DNA of 64,000 nucleotides from Candidatus Micrarchaeota archaeon (GTDB lineage: Archaea > Micrarchaeota > Micrarchaeia > Norongarragalinales > Norongarragalinaceae): assembly GCA_016207165.1 (NCBI GenBank), contig JACQQD010000008.1:1-64000 (forward strand). The letters run 5' to 3'. Position numbers and translations under genes: made by a program. Within the stretch, counting starts at the first letter, position 1. Every line of letters starts with the position of its first letter. Below the pieces are notes generated by a model that made no database searches, had not been told where the DNA came from, and saw only the letters and a list, made by a program, of their open reading frames with translations. Shown here piece by piece: positions 20,357-29,574 of the stretch.

Positions 20357-20802
20357 TTGTTTTCCGCCAATTGCGCGTACACGGTGCCGGCTTCGTCTTT
20401 TTGCAAAAGGACGTCGACGTACTTGAGCGGCTTGGCGCTTTTGCGGATGGCGTTGTTGAGGCGGACGTCGACGTGGACGGCGGCGCCTTTCATGTGCCGC
20501 TTGCAGAATTCTTGCAATAGGCTTAACGCTTTGTTTTGTTGTTTGAAGCGGGGCTTGCTGTGCGCTTTGGACAGGTTGACGGTGTACTTTCGTTCCAGGA
20601 CGAATTTTTTTTCCGCTTTTTTGGGTTCTTCGGCTTTGGACGCCTTTTCCGTCTTTTTTTCGTCCGGCGCCTTTTCAGCCGTTGCTTCTTCTTTGGCGGC
20701 TTGCGGGGCCTGGCGCTTGCCTTTCTCCAAGTCCTCTTCGCCTTTCATTTTGGCGTCGTCTTTCTTGGTTTGCGTCTTGTCTTCAAAGCGTTCTTCCGCC
20801 AT
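20353..20802 (-). CDS. rpl31e: 50S ribosomal protein L31e with K/E-rich N-terminal extension
   Basis: ERKYTVNL, LNNAI; lies between rpl39e and eif6. Confidence 0.85.
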   Translation of the reverse strand: MAEERFEDKTQTKKDDAKMKGEEDLEKGKRQAPQAAKEEATAEKAPDEKKTEKASKAEEPKKAEKKFVLERKYTVNLSKAHSKPRFKQQNKALSLLQEFCKRHMKGAAVHVDVRLNNAIRKSAKPLKYVDVLLQKDEAGTVYAQLAENK

Positions 20803-20977
20803 GCTTCGTGTTCACCTTGCCTTTGGTTTTCAGTTTGCTGGTTTTCCAGTGGCGTTGCTTGACGTTGCGCGTCACGCGCCGGTTGGTCTTCGCCATGGCG
20901 AAAATGGGCACGCGGCGGTTTTGCTGCAGCGCCTTACTGAGCTTTTTTTTCACGGTTCTCGTCTTGTTTCTTGCCAT
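20783..20977 (-). CDS. rpl39e: 50S ribosomal protein L39e
   Basis: QNRRVP, KTNR, RHWK..KLK. Confidence 0.93.
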   Translation of the reverse strand: MARNKTRTVKKKLSKALQQNRRVPIFAMAKTNRRVTRNVKQRHWKTSKLKTKGKVNTKHGGRTL

Positions 20978-20982
20978 GTACA

Positions 20983-21282
20983 TCACTTTCTCTTGAAGGT
21001 AATCTTCGGTTCCTTTTTGACGTCTTGGACTCGGCCCAGAATCGAGAGCAGTTGGCTTTCGGTGACTTTGCCGCGGATCTGCCCGCTTTGGACGAGTTGC
21101 ACCAGCAGTCCGACGAGCTGGTCGTACAAGTCCGGGTTGGCCAAGCGCACGTTTTGTATGCGCTCGAATGCGGGCCCGTCCAGGATTTTCTGCAGGATTT
21201 GTCGTTTCTGGTTTTCCTCCACGTGCTTCCGGCGCAGCTGATCGATTTTTTCCTGCTGCGCCTTCTGCCATTCTTCGTTCAT
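20983..21282 (-). CDS. PDCD5-like DNA-binding protein
   Basis: AFERIQNVRLANP, KITFKRK; conserved position after rps19e. Confidence 0.92.
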   Translation of the reverse strand: MNEEWQKAQQEKIDQLRRKHVEENQKRQILQKILDGPAFERIQNVRLANPDLYDQLVGLLVQLVQSGQIRGKVTESQLLSILGRVQDVKKEPKITFKRK

Positions 21283-21695
21283 GATGCCGCGGCCTTGTCC
21301 AACAGCGACCGGCCTTTCGCCGTCAGGATGCGGCCGGTTTTCTCTTTCTTGACCAGTCCTGCTTTTTCCAGTTGTTGGAGGGCCAATCGGATGCTTTTGC
21401 CGCCGGCTTTGCGGTGGTGTTGGGGCGAGACTTTGTGCTGGGTGCGGCCGCCGTATTTGTGGCGGAGGCGTTCGACGCCAACCGGCTTTCCGCCGGCGTA
21501 AAGCGTTCGCAGGATGGCGGCGCAGCGCACGAACCAGAAGTCTTCCTGCTCCGGCACGCGTTCGTTGTGCGGGGACAGTTTGACCAATCCGGCCCAAGGC
21601 GGGGGCGTGATGCCTTCCGTGGTTTGGAGCTGTTTGGCGACTTTGTTGATCAGTTCATTGACGGGAACGTCCAGTGCGGCCAATGGATATATCAC
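21279..21695 (-). CDS. rps19e: 30S ribosomal protein S19e
   Basis: WFVRCAAILR, VGVERL..KYGG, IRLALQQLE. Confidence 0.97.
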   Translation of the reverse strand: MIYPLAALDVPVNELINKVAKQLQTTEGITPPPWAGLVKLSPHNERVPEQEDFWFVRCAAILRTLYAGGKPVGVERLRHKYGGRTQHKVSPQHHRKAGGKSIRLALQQLEKAGLVKKEKTGRILTAKGRSLLDKAAAS

Positions 21696-21741
21696 CTAGG
21701 ATGTTTCGCGCCGGTTTTCCTTCGGGCCAGGTTGACGGCCC

Positions 21742-22047
21742 TTAAGCATGAATTGGTTTCCGCTTGTAGGGAATGCGGCGCGTGGTATTACACTTCCGGC
21801 AGGCGTATAAAACCGTTTGGGTCCGCCGATTCTGGCGCACCAACAAGGTGTCGGAAGCAAAGGGCACGTGGCATTTCCGGCAGAAGGATTTCGCGTCCAA
21901 ATGCACGCGGTGTTTCATGGCCAGTCGCCGCGCTTTTTTGACGAGCCGAACGGCTTTTTCCGGGTCATGGGGCCAGGCGTGTTTGGCGTGTTCCAGGAGG
22001 TCTTGCGCGTCTTGAGTGACTTTGGTTTTTGGGGTTTTGGGTTTCAT
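21742..22047 (-). CDS. rnp4: RNase P protein component Rpr2/Rpp21
   Basis: FCRKC...CRKC zinc ribbon, RRIPY. Confidence 0.9.
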   Translation of the reverse strand: MKPKTPKTKVTQDAQDLLEHAKHAWPHDPEKAVRLVKKARRLAMKHRVHLDAKSFCRKCHVPFASDTLLVRQNRRTQTVLYACRKCNTTRRIPYKRKPIHA

Positions 22048-23099
22048 AGCGGTTTTTCCTTGACGGGGTTGACCACGACGATGCGGGAACCATTGCGTCC
22101 GGTCAACTCGTTTTGGATGGCGTGCATGATGAGGACGGGGACGTGGGTTTTGGAGGGGTCGTTGAGGTGCGCGTAGGTTTCCGGCGCCGTCCACTCCAGG
22201 GTTTGCCCGAGAAATCCGTGGCGGAACTCGTGGCTGGCGATTTGGTGGAACCGCAGGCGTCTGGTTAGTTGAGGCGTCTCTTTTTCGTGGTCGGCTCCTT
22301 CTTGGCGCGAATCCGTGGCGTGGCGGCTGTATTGGGCGCGGCTGACTAAGAGAATCACGTCGCCTTGAGCTGGTTGGATGCCGCCGACGTACCCGGTTTG
22401 AGGAGTCGCGTTGGGGGAGGGTGAACGGGTTGTGGTTTCGCCGTAAATACCTCCTGGGATTTGAATGGCGCCCCGGATGATGCCTTCCGCCGCATCCTGG
22501 GGGTGGATTTGAAGGTCGGGGTGGAGCCGTCGGGCCACGGCCCACCACTCGTTGAGATCGCTTCGGCCCAGGTGGTGGCGCAGGCGGTCGGCAATGCCTT
22601 GTTTTTGGACGCGGGCGGCCAAAAGGTGTGCGGTTTTTCCTTGGAGGCGGTAGTATTCTTTGCCCATGAGGATGCCCGCGCTTTGCATGAGGTTCATCAA
22701 GCCGTATCCTTTCACGTCCCGGTGCAACACGCTGGCGTGCAGGAAAACCACGTTTCGGGGTGTCGCGTTCTCGGGTTGGACCGTCATGGTGCCCAGCGAG
22801 TAGTATCCCTTGACTTTGCCGCGGTGCTTGACGAGAATCAGGATTTTGACTCCGGTTCCAAACGCCCGTTCCGCGACTTCGTTTTCGTCCGGCAGTTTCG
22901 CGCGTTTGAATGCGGATTGCGTGGCTTGCCGAAGTTCGGACTTGATTCGTTCCTGCCGGACTTCAGGCAGGTTTCCGGGTTCGTAAATGAGTTCCAAACT
23001 GATGTTTTTGGTTTGCCTGCCCTGGGGGTTTCCATTGGCGTCCCTTCGTTTGCAGCGCAACGGGATTTCGACTGGCATGCATGGACTTGGGGGGGCCAC
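22044..23099 (-). CDS. hypothetical protein, possible GNAT-like N-terminal domain
   Basis: 351-aa ORF; segment VFLHASVLHRDVKGYGL resembles GNAT motif A. Confidence 0.6.
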   Translation of the reverse strand: MAPPSPCMPVEIPLRCKRRDANGNPQGRQTKNISLELIYEPGNLPEVRQERIKSELRQATQSAFKRAKLPDENEVAERAFGTGVKILILVKHRGKVKGYYSLGTMTVQPENATPRNVVFLHASVLHRDVKGYGLMNLMQSAGILMGKEYYRLQGKTAHLLAARVQKQGIADRLRHHLGRSDLNEWWAVARRLHPDLQIHPQDAAEGIIRGAIQIPGGIYGETTTRSPSPNATPQTGYVGGIQPAQGDVILLVSRAQYSRHATDSRQEGADHEKETPQLTRRLRFHQIASHEFRHGFLGQTLEWTAPETYAHLNDPSKTHVPVLIMHAIQNELTGRNGSRIVVVNPVKEKPL

Positions 23100-23114
23100 G
23101 GAAATAAAACCTGC

Positions 23115-23501
23115 TTACGGCGGGTTTCTTTTAAGGGATTTCTTCACGCATTCCAAGAGCTGTTTTCCGGCTTCGTCCCACTGGATGTAGGCGCTGTTGG
23201 GGTTGACTTGGGAGCTGTGAGCAATTTGGCCGAAAAAACCGAGTTGAAAGCCCGTCTGGTCGGCGACGATTTCCTGCAACGTTTCCCTGTTTAGCTCTTG
23301 GCGTGTCGCGTCCAAGACGTGGTGAAGCGGGGTTCCAGGTCGCGCGCTTTGCATGATTTTTTTTCGCAGTTTTTCCAGGTCCAACCGATTTGGATGGAAT
23401 TCGATTTGGACGGTGGTGTTTCCATTCCACGTGGTCTCGGAGATTTTTTGGATGTGGCCGGAGGCGTCCGTCAACCCGTACTTTTCGAGCAACTCGTGCA
23501 T
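23115..23501 (-). CDS. hypothetical protein (ORFan)
   Basis: 128-aa ORF starting just downstream of the duplicated tRNA end. Confidence 0.6.
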   Translation of the reverse strand: MHELLEKYGLTDASGHIQKISETTWNGNTTVQIEFHPNRLDLEKLRKKIMQSARPGTPLHHVLDATRQELNRETLQEIVADQTGFQLGFFGQIAHSSQVNPNSAYIQWDEAGKQLLECVKKSLKRNPP

Positions 23502-23516
23502 GACGTAATCAATCGG

Positions 23517-23612
23517 ATGGGCCTGGAGGGATTTAGGAACCCGGACCGCGGGAACCCAGGTTCCCCCAGTCCTTGGTAACCCCGACCCCTCCTGTTTTCA
23601 TGTGCGAATTGT
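23517..23612 (-). repeat. tRNA-3'-associated hairpin element 4 plus duplicated tRNA-Ile 3' end
   Basis: ATGGGCCTGGAGGGATTT at 23613-23630 and 23517-23534; minus strand GGGGTCGGGGTTACCAAGGACTGGGG...CCCGCGGTCCGGGTTC nearly identical to element 1. Confidence 0.9.
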
Positions 23613-23613
23613 A

Positions 23614-23732
23614 TGGGCCTGGAGGGATTTGAACCCTCGGCCACCAGCTTTCCTAGCCAGCGCAGAGGGCGAAACCGTCCTTTGCGGTCGTATAAGACTG
23701 GCGCTCTAAAAACCAGGCTAAGCTACAGGCCC
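23614..23732 (-). tRNA. tRNA-Ile(TAT) with BHB intron at 37/38 (23650-23690)
   Basis: GGGCCTG acceptor stem; anticodon arm CCAGT-CTTATA|A-GCTGG; BHB helix CTTA/TAGG. Confidence 0.9.
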
Positions 23733-23835
23733 GATGCGTATTTTTTGTGGGGCGCTAGGTTTTTAGTTGGGTGGCTTGGCGGGTGTTGGGCTGCAGGCCG
23801 GGACGTATATTAATTGGGCCGGTTTGGTTTTTTCC

Positions 23836-24333
23836 ATGGAGTTTGAGCGGTTGCACGCCAAGGACTTTGTGACGTTGGCGTCGGGGGCGTTGGGGTTTTT
23901 GGCGGTTTTCTTCGCGGTCTCCAGCTACTTCGTGGCGGCGTTGTTTGTGGCGTTGGCGGCGGTTTTGGACGCGTTGGATGGGCGGCTCGCGCGTTGGGAG
24001 GGTAAAGCCAACGCGTTCGGCCGGGAATTGGATTCGTTGTCGGATGCGGTGGCGTTTGGCGTGGCGCCGGCGTTTGCCGCGTTTTACTTGCAGGTCTTTT
24101 CGCCGTGGGTGTGGGTGTACGCCGCGTCGGCCGTCGTTTTTTTGGCGGCGGTGCTGGTGAGGCTGGCGCGGTTTAATTTGTATGCCGAAAAAAAAGTTTA
24201 CTTTGGGTTGCCCAGTCCCGCGGCCGCGGTTTTGCTGTTGGTGTTGGCGCCGGTGTTCGGCGCGTACTCGCCGGTGGCGTTTTTGGTGTTGGCGTACTTG
24301 ATGTTGGCGGATTTCTCGTTCAGGAAGCGCTGA
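23836..24333 (+). CDS. pssA: CDP-alcohol phosphatidyltransferase (archaetidylserine synthase-like)
   Basis: DALDGRLAR...FGRELDSLSDAVAFGVAP, RLARFN, GLPSP. Confidence 0.93.
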   Translation: MEFERLHAKDFVTLASGALGFLAVFFAVSSYFVAALFVALAAVLDALDGRLARWEGKANAFGRELDSLSDAVAFGVAPAFAAFYLQVFSPWVWVYAASAVVFLAAVLVRLARFNLYAEKKVYFGLPSPAAAVLLLVLAPVFGAYSPVAFLVLAYLMLADFSFRKR

Positions 24334-24409
24334 AAAAAAGGAGTGCGGCGACCAGCATGCTGATGAGCATGAACATGTCCGCGCCTTGGAATCCCGGGTA
24401 ATTCAACAT
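24320..24409 (-). CDS. micro-protein MLNYPGFQGADMFMLISMLVAALLFFSAS (29 aa)
   Basis: Follows argB; similar to the micro-ORF at 29491-29574. Confidence 0.7.
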   Translation of the reverse strand: MLNYPGFQGADMFMLISMLVAALLFFSAS

Positions 24410-24439
24410 GATTTTTTTTGGTTTACTTCGAAGAGTTAG

Positions 24440-25171
24440 TTAAATGTTTTGGCTGAAGGATTCCAAAAGTCCGTTGACCCACTGCACGGAAATGCCGTGG
24501 CGGGCGGCGTAGGTGGCGGAGAGGCTTTTGGGAATCATGCCTCCGGAAATGATTTGGGTGTCAATGAGTTGCTGGACTTGGGTTTTGTTCACGGTTTGAA
24601 GCACGCGTTTTCGGGTGGCGTCGGTGTAGATGCCGGGGACGTCGGAGGCCATGACGAGTTTTTGGGCGTCCAGGGCCACGGCGATTTGCGCGGCGGCGTG
24701 GTCGGCGTTGACGTTGTAGGTTTGGCTTCCGTCGTATGCGAGGCACGGCAGGATGACGGGTCCTTTTTGCAGGAAGGCGTGGATGGCGGCGTGGTTGACG
24801 TTGGTGATGGTGCCGACGAATCCGTAGTCGTAGTCGGACTCCATTTTTTTGGCGGACAAAACGCCGTCCAAATACGTGTGTTGGATGCCTTGTTGTTCGA
24901 GGAAATCGCCTAAGCGGAATCCGACGCGTCGAACCGTGTTCTGGACGACGTCAAGCGTGGCCTCGTCCGTGACGCGGATGCCGTCGTGGGTCTTGGGTTT
25001 AATGCCGAGGCGCAGGAGTTCGGCGTCGATTTGTTTTCCGGCGCCGTGCACGTAGACGACGCGCCTGTTTTTTTGGTGGACGCACGCGATTTGTTCGGCG
25101 GTTTTTGGCAACTGTTCGTTGGACAAGAGCTTGCCGCTGAGTTTGACTACGGTTACGTCAGGAAAGTGCAT
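24440..25171 (-). CDS. argB: acetylglutamate kinase
   Basis: VHGAG, GIRVTD, NVNAD, GGMIPK. Confidence 0.95.
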   Translation of the reverse strand: MHFPDVTVVKLSGKLLSNEQLPKTAEQIACVHQKNRRVVYVHGAGKQIDAELLRLGIKPKTHDGIRVTDEATLDVVQNTVRRVGFRLGDFLEQQGIQHTYLDGVLSAKKMESDYDYGFVGTITNVNHAAIHAFLQKGPVILPCLAYDGSQTYNVNADHAAAQIAVALDAQKLVMASDVPGIYTDATRKRVLQTVNKTQVQQLIDTQIISGGMIPKSLSATYAARHGISVQWVNGLLESFSQNI

Positions 25172-26096
25172 GGTGAATCAATCCGGTTTGTTCGTTGATT
25201 CCGAAGCGGCGGTTCATGTTTTGGACGGCTTGGCTGGCGGCTCCTTTGCCGAGGTTGTCGATGCTGCAAATCACGACCAGGCAGCCGCGGTCAAGCGCGA
25301 AGCCACCGAGAACGGCGTGGTGGGTGTGTTGGGTGTCGCGGAGGTTGGGCGGCTCGTCCTGGATGCGGATGAGGGGTTGGTTTTGGTAAGCGGCTTGGTA
25401 GGCGTTCTGGACGTCGGATTTTGTGACGCGGGGTTGGAGGAAGGCGTGGATGGTGCACAGCATGCCTCGGTAGACCGGTAGCACGTGGGGCGTGAAGTGG
25501 ATGGGTGCGGAAAGGAATTGCTGGATTTCGGGTTCGTGGCGGTGGCCTGTGACGTGGTAGGGCCACGCGTTGTCGCGGATTTTTTCCTGGTAGTTTTGTT
25601 CCAGGGTTTTTTTGCCGGCGCCGCTGTACCCGCTTTTGCCGTCAATGACGGCTTTCTCCAATAGTCCGGCGTCGTCCAGGGGTTTTAGGGCCAAGAGGCT
25701 GGCGGTGGCATAGCATCCGGGGTTGGCGGTGATGCGGTTTTTGGTTTTTGGGAATAGTTCGGGTAGGCCGTAATCGGCTTTTTCGGGGTGGGTGTGGGTT
25801 TGCTGGTACGTGGCTTGGTATGTTTCTTGGTTTTGGAAGCGAAAATCGGGGCCCAAGTCAATGAGGGGTGAGTCAAGCATTTTGGCCCATTGCATGCCGG
25901 TGCTGGCAGGGCCGCATAAAAAGGCCAAGTCCAGTTTTTCGTCGTTGATGGTCTGTGGCGTCCAAACGGAATTTGCGTCTCCGGTGGAATGCATGACGGT
26001 GACTTGGACGCCGGGGTGCTGGTGGAGGATGGACAATAGTTCTTGGGCGACGATGCCGGAGGTGCCGATGACGCCGACTTTTTTCACGGCTGGCAC
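25158..26096 (-). CDS. argC: N-acetyl-gamma-glutamyl-phosphate reductase
   Basis: YGLPE, ANPGCY, SGYSGAG, DNLGKGA. Confidence 0.96.
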   Translation of the reverse strand: MPAVKKVGVIGTSGIVAQELLSILHQHPGVQVTVMHSTGDANSVWTPQTINDEKLDLAFLCGPASTGMQWAKMLDSPLIDLGPDFRFQNQETYQATYQQTHTHPEKADYGLPELFPKTKNRITANPGCYATASLLALKPLDDAGLLEKAVIDGKSGYSGAGKKTLEQNYQEKIRDNAWPYHVTGHRHEPEIQQFLSAPIHFTPHVLPVYRGMLCTIHAFLQPRVTKSDVQNAYQAAYQNQPLIRIQDEPPNLRDTQHTHHAVLGGFALDRGCLVVICSIDNLGKGAASQAVQNMNRRFGINEQTGLIHHALS

Positions 26097-27181
26097 TCTC
26101 CGAGTATTTGGACGGCGTCGTCCAAGGTTTTTCCTTCGATGGTCAACGGTGGAAGCAAGCGCAGGGTTTCGTTGTGGCAGACGCTGACGAGGACGCCGCG
26201 GGCTTGGGCGTTTTGCTGGATTTTTTTGGCGTGGGGGTGGTCGGCGCCGAGCATGAGCCCCATGCCGCGCGGCTTCAGTCCGATGGATTCTAGTTTTTGT
26301 GTCAGGTTTTTGTGGGTTGCTTTTGTTCGGGCGTGCAGGTGCTGGTTTTTCATGACGTCGATGACGGCCAACGCCGCCGCACAGCTGACCGCGTTGCCGC
26401 CGAAGGTGGACCCGTGCGCGCCGGGGGAGAAGTCCAGGTCTTCGCGGTACAGGACGGCTCCAAGAGGCAGGCCGTTGGCCAGGGGTTTGGCGGTGGCCAC
26501 GACGTCGGGGGCGATGCCGAAATGCTGGAAGGCAAACCAGTTTCCGGTGCGGTACGCGGTTTGCACTTCATCGAGGACCAACAGCGCGTCGTTTTTTTCG
26601 CAGATTTCCGCGGCGTGTTTGAGGTAATCGCTGTCGGGAAGGTGGATGCCGCCTTCGCCTTGGATGGGTTCTACCACGAAGGCGGCGGTGTCTTTGGTGA
26701 CGGCGTCTTGCAGGGCGTCCGCGTCGTTGAAAGGCACGTGCGTGACGTGGGGTAAAAGCGGCTCGAATCCTTGGCGGTAGGTGGAGTGCGTCAGGGATAA
26801 GGCGCCCAGGGTTCGGCCGTGAAAGCCTTTGTGGCAGGCCACGAGGTGTTTTGATTTTTTGCGGGAGAGCTTGATGGCGGTTTCCATGCTTTCGGTGCCG
26901 GAGTTGGTTAGAAAACAGCATGACGTGCCGGATAGTTCTGTTAGGGTTTCGGCGAGTTTCAGTTGCGTGTCTTGGATGTGGACGTTGGAGGCGTTGACCA
27001 TTTGGGTGCATTGGCGTTGGATGGCTTTCGCTACGTGGGGGTTGGCGTGTCCCACGATGGCGGTTCCAATGCCTCCCGTCAAGTCGGTGAAGCGTTGGCC
27101 GTTTTCGTCCCAGAGGGTGGCGTTTTGTGCTTTGGTCATCGTCAGGCCGGTGCGGTTAAACGCGTTGGACAGAAAGCGCAT
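26084..27181 (-). CDS. argD: acetylornithine aminotransferase
   Basis: NSGTE, FHGRT, EPIQGEGG, DEVQT, HGSTFGGN. Confidence 0.95.
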   Translation of the reverse strand: MRFLSNAFNRTGLTMTKAQNATLWDENGQRFTDLTGGIGTAIVGHANPHVAKAIQRQCTQMVNASNVHIQDTQLKLAETLTELSGTSCCFLTNSGTESMETAIKLSRKKSKHLVACHKGFHGRTLGALSLTHSTYRQGFEPLLPHVTHVPFNDADALQDAVTKDTAAFVVEPIQGEGGIHLPDSDYLKHAAEICEKNDALLVLDEVQTAYRTGNWFAFQHFGIAPDVVATAKPLANGLPLGAVLYREDLDFSPGAHGSTFGGNAVSCAAALAVIDVMKNQHLHARTKATHKNLTQKLESIGLKPRGMGLMLGADHPHAKKIQQNAQARGVLVSVCHNETLRLLPPLTIEGKTLDDAVQILGECQP

Positions 27182-27187
27182 GGAGCC

Positions 27188-28321
27188 TCACGTCGTGTAG
27201 GCGGTGTTGAATGCGACGTATTTGGTGGTCAGGTCGCAGCCGTAGAAGGTGGCGGTGGTGGCGCCCATGTCTAAGTCCACGTTGATGCGGACGGGGTTGG
27301 TCGGCGCGTTCCAGGCAAACGGTTGGATGGCGTGGTTGTGAAAGACCAGGGCGTCGTTGACGTGGATTTTGACGGTTTGGGGGTTAAAGTCGGTGTTCGC
27401 GGCGCCCAGGGCGGCCACCAGGCGGCCGACGTTGGGTTCGGTTCCGCAAAACGCGGTTTGAACCAGGGCGTTGTGGAGGATGGCTTTCGCCACGGCCTGG
27501 GCTTGTTGCATGTGGCAGGCGTTTTTGATGGTCAGTTCAAAGGTTTGTTGCGTTCCTTCTCCGTCGGCGACAATGGATTTCGCCAACTTCAGGCAGACTT
27601 TCTTGAGGACGTGCTGGAACGCGGTTGGGTCCACGGGTCCGGCCAGGCCGTTGGCCAACAGCATGACGGTGTCGTTGGTGCTTTGGCAGCCGTCTACGCT
27701 GATGCGGTTGAAAGTTTCGTTGACCGCGGTTTTCAGGTGCTCGTGTGCGTCGGTGGCAGCGATTTTCGCGTCAGTGAAAACAAAGCAGAGCATGGTGGCC
27801 ATGGCGGGGTTGATCATGCCTGCGCCTTTGGCCACCGCCACGATGCGCGCCGGTCCGACGCGCGCCGAGGCGTACTTGAGGGTTTGGTCCGTGGTTTGAA
27901 TGGCGGTCGTGGCGTTGAGCCAAGCGGAAGCGGTGTTGTTCAGGCAGATGCGTTCCAACCCGGATTCAATGGCGGAGACGTCCAGGGGTTTGCCGATGAT
28001 GCCGGTGCTGGCCAGGGCGACGTGGCGGGGGTTGACGTGGAATTGTTTGGCGGCGTGTTGCGCGATGCGGTGGCAGTCCGCCATTCCTTGGGAGCCGTTG
28101 GCCGCGTTGGCGTTGCCGGAGTTCACGACGACCAGTTGCGCGGTGCCTTGCAGGCGCTGGTTGTATTGGTTGGGGGGCGCGGCGAAGCGGTTGGCGGTGT
28201 TCACGCAGGCAAACGACGCGGGGGTGGTGCTGTAAAAGACGGCGAGGTCTCTGGATTTTTTTCGGAGTCCTACGTGTTCGCCGCCGCACAGGATGCCTTG
28301 GATGGGTTGGTCTTCAAACAT
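27188..28321 (-). CDS. argJ: ornithine acetyltransferase ArgJ
   Basis: NSGNANA, STGIIG, KGAGMI.P.MATML, STND, DGEG. Confidence 0.96.
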   Translation of the reverse strand: MFEDQPIQGILCGGEHVGLRKKSRDLAVFYSTTPASFACVNTANRFAAPPNQYNQRLQGTAQLVVVNSGNANAANGSQGMADCHRIAQHAAKQFHVNPRHVALASTGIIGKPLDVSAIESGLERICLNNTASAWLNATTAIQTTDQTLKYASARVGPARIVAVAKGAGMINPAMATMLCFVFTDAKIAATDAHEHLKTAVNETFNRISVDGCQSTNDTVMLLANGLAGPVDPTAFQHVLKKVCLKLAKSIVADGEGTQQTFELTIKNACHMQQAQAVAKAILHNALVQTAFCGTEPNVGRLVAALGAANTDFNPQTVKIHVNDALVFHNHAIQPFAWNAPTNPVRINVDLDMGATTATFYGCDLTTKYVAFNTAYTT

Positions 28322-29483
28322 GGCTTTCTCCTTTTTCTTGGTGGTAGGCGTGGCGGAAGGGTGTGCCGGTTTTGACGCGTTCAAGGGACCGGTTGACGCT
28401 GTGGAGTTCGTCGGTCATGGCGGCTTTCAGTTTTTTGGGGTCAAACGCCATGTCGTGCACCCAGAGCGCCGTCATTTCGAGGCATGCGTCCATGGTGGCA
28501 AACGCCTCCAACAGGGTGGCCTTGGTTTCCTGGAAGTCGCGGTGGTAGCCCGACGGCAGGTTTTGTGTGGTGGCGGCGACGTGGGCGTACGCGGCGGAAA
28601 GCGCGGCGGTCCTGGCGCGCACCAGTTCCATGACGTCCGGGTTTTTCTTGTGGGGCATCAGCGAACTGCCGGTGCAAAGCTGGGAGGGTTTTTGAAGGAA
28701 CCCGTATTCGGTGGTGGAGTAAAGGAGGATGTCGCAGGAAAGCTTGTTGAGCGTCAAGGCGACTTGGTGGAGTGCGGAGAGGGTAAACAACTCGATTTTG
28801 CCGCGGCTGTTCTGGCAGTACAGCGTGTTGTTTTGGACTTTGGTAAATCCCAGTTCTTGGGCTTCTTTTTGGCGGTTTAGGTCTAGGCTGGATCCGAATC
28901 CGGCGGCGGAGCCCAGCGGGCTTTGGTCGTTGAGCGTCAAGGCGGCTTGCAGAACTAAGACGTCGTCTTCTAGGCTTTCGTGGAAGGACTCCAGCCACCT
29001 CGCTGTGGAGTAGGCCATGGCTTTTTGCATGTGCGTGTAGCCGGGCATGGGGTAGTCGGTCTTGGTTTTGGCCAAAATCGTGGCTTGGAGTTGGCGGATT
29101 TGATCTTGGACTTGCTGGAGCTGGTCTTTGGCGTACAAGCGAAGCATGGTCAGCGCCTGGTCGTTGCGGGAACGGCCGGCCTGGATGCGACGGCCTGTGT
29201 CGCCGAGTTTCTCGGTGAGGAATTCCTCAATGGCGGTGTGGCTGTCCTCTTGTTTTTGGGTGATGGAAAAGGTTCCGTTCTGCACGCGTGCGGAAAGTTC
29301 GTCCAGTGCGTTTTGGACTTGAGCGTTTTCATCCGCCGTCAGAACGCCGACGTCTTTGAGCGCGTGGGCGTGCGCACGGGTGCCGGCAATGTCGTAGGGA
29401 AGCAGCGGCTGGTCCAAGAGGTGGCCGTGGCCCACGGTGAACGCCATGACTTTTTCCGATACGGGTTGGTTCGTCCAAAGCAT
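28314..29483 (-). CDS. argH: argininosuccinate lyase
   Basis: GRSRNDQ, MPGYTH, TGSSLMPHKKNPD. Confidence 0.96.
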   Translation of the reverse strand: MLWTNQPVSEKVMAFTVGHGHLLDQPLLPYDIAGTRAHAHALKDVGVLTADENAQVQNALDELSARVQNGTFSITQKQEDSHTAIEEFLTEKLGDTGRRIQAGRSRNDQALTMLRLYAKDQLQQVQDQIRQLQATILAKTKTDYPMPGYTHMQKAMAYSTARWLESFHESLEDDVLVLQAALTLNDQSPLGSAAGFGSSLDLNRQKEAQELGFTKVQNNTLYCQNSRGKIELFTLSALHQVALTLNKLSCDILLYSTTEYGFLQKPSQLCTGSSLMPHKKNPDVMELVRARTAALSAAYAHVAATTQNLPSGYHRDFQETKATLLEAFATMDACLEMTALWVHDMAFDPKKLKAAMTDELHSVNRSLERVKTGTPFRHAYHQEKGESHV

Positions 29484-29490
29484 GGGGAGG

Positions 29491-29574
29491 TTAACCCACC
29501 AAAAGCGCGATGGCGGCGGCAAAGGCGAACATCATGAATACGTCGACGGTTTGAAATCCGGGGTAGTTCCACAT
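29491..29574 (-). CDS. micro-protein MWNYPGFQTVDVFMMFAFAAAIALLVG (27 aa)
   Basis: AGGTGA Shine-Dalgarno just upstream; overlaps the argG tail; paralog at 24320-24409. Confidence 0.7.
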   Translation of the reverse strand: MWNYPGFQTVDVFMMFAFAAAIALLVG

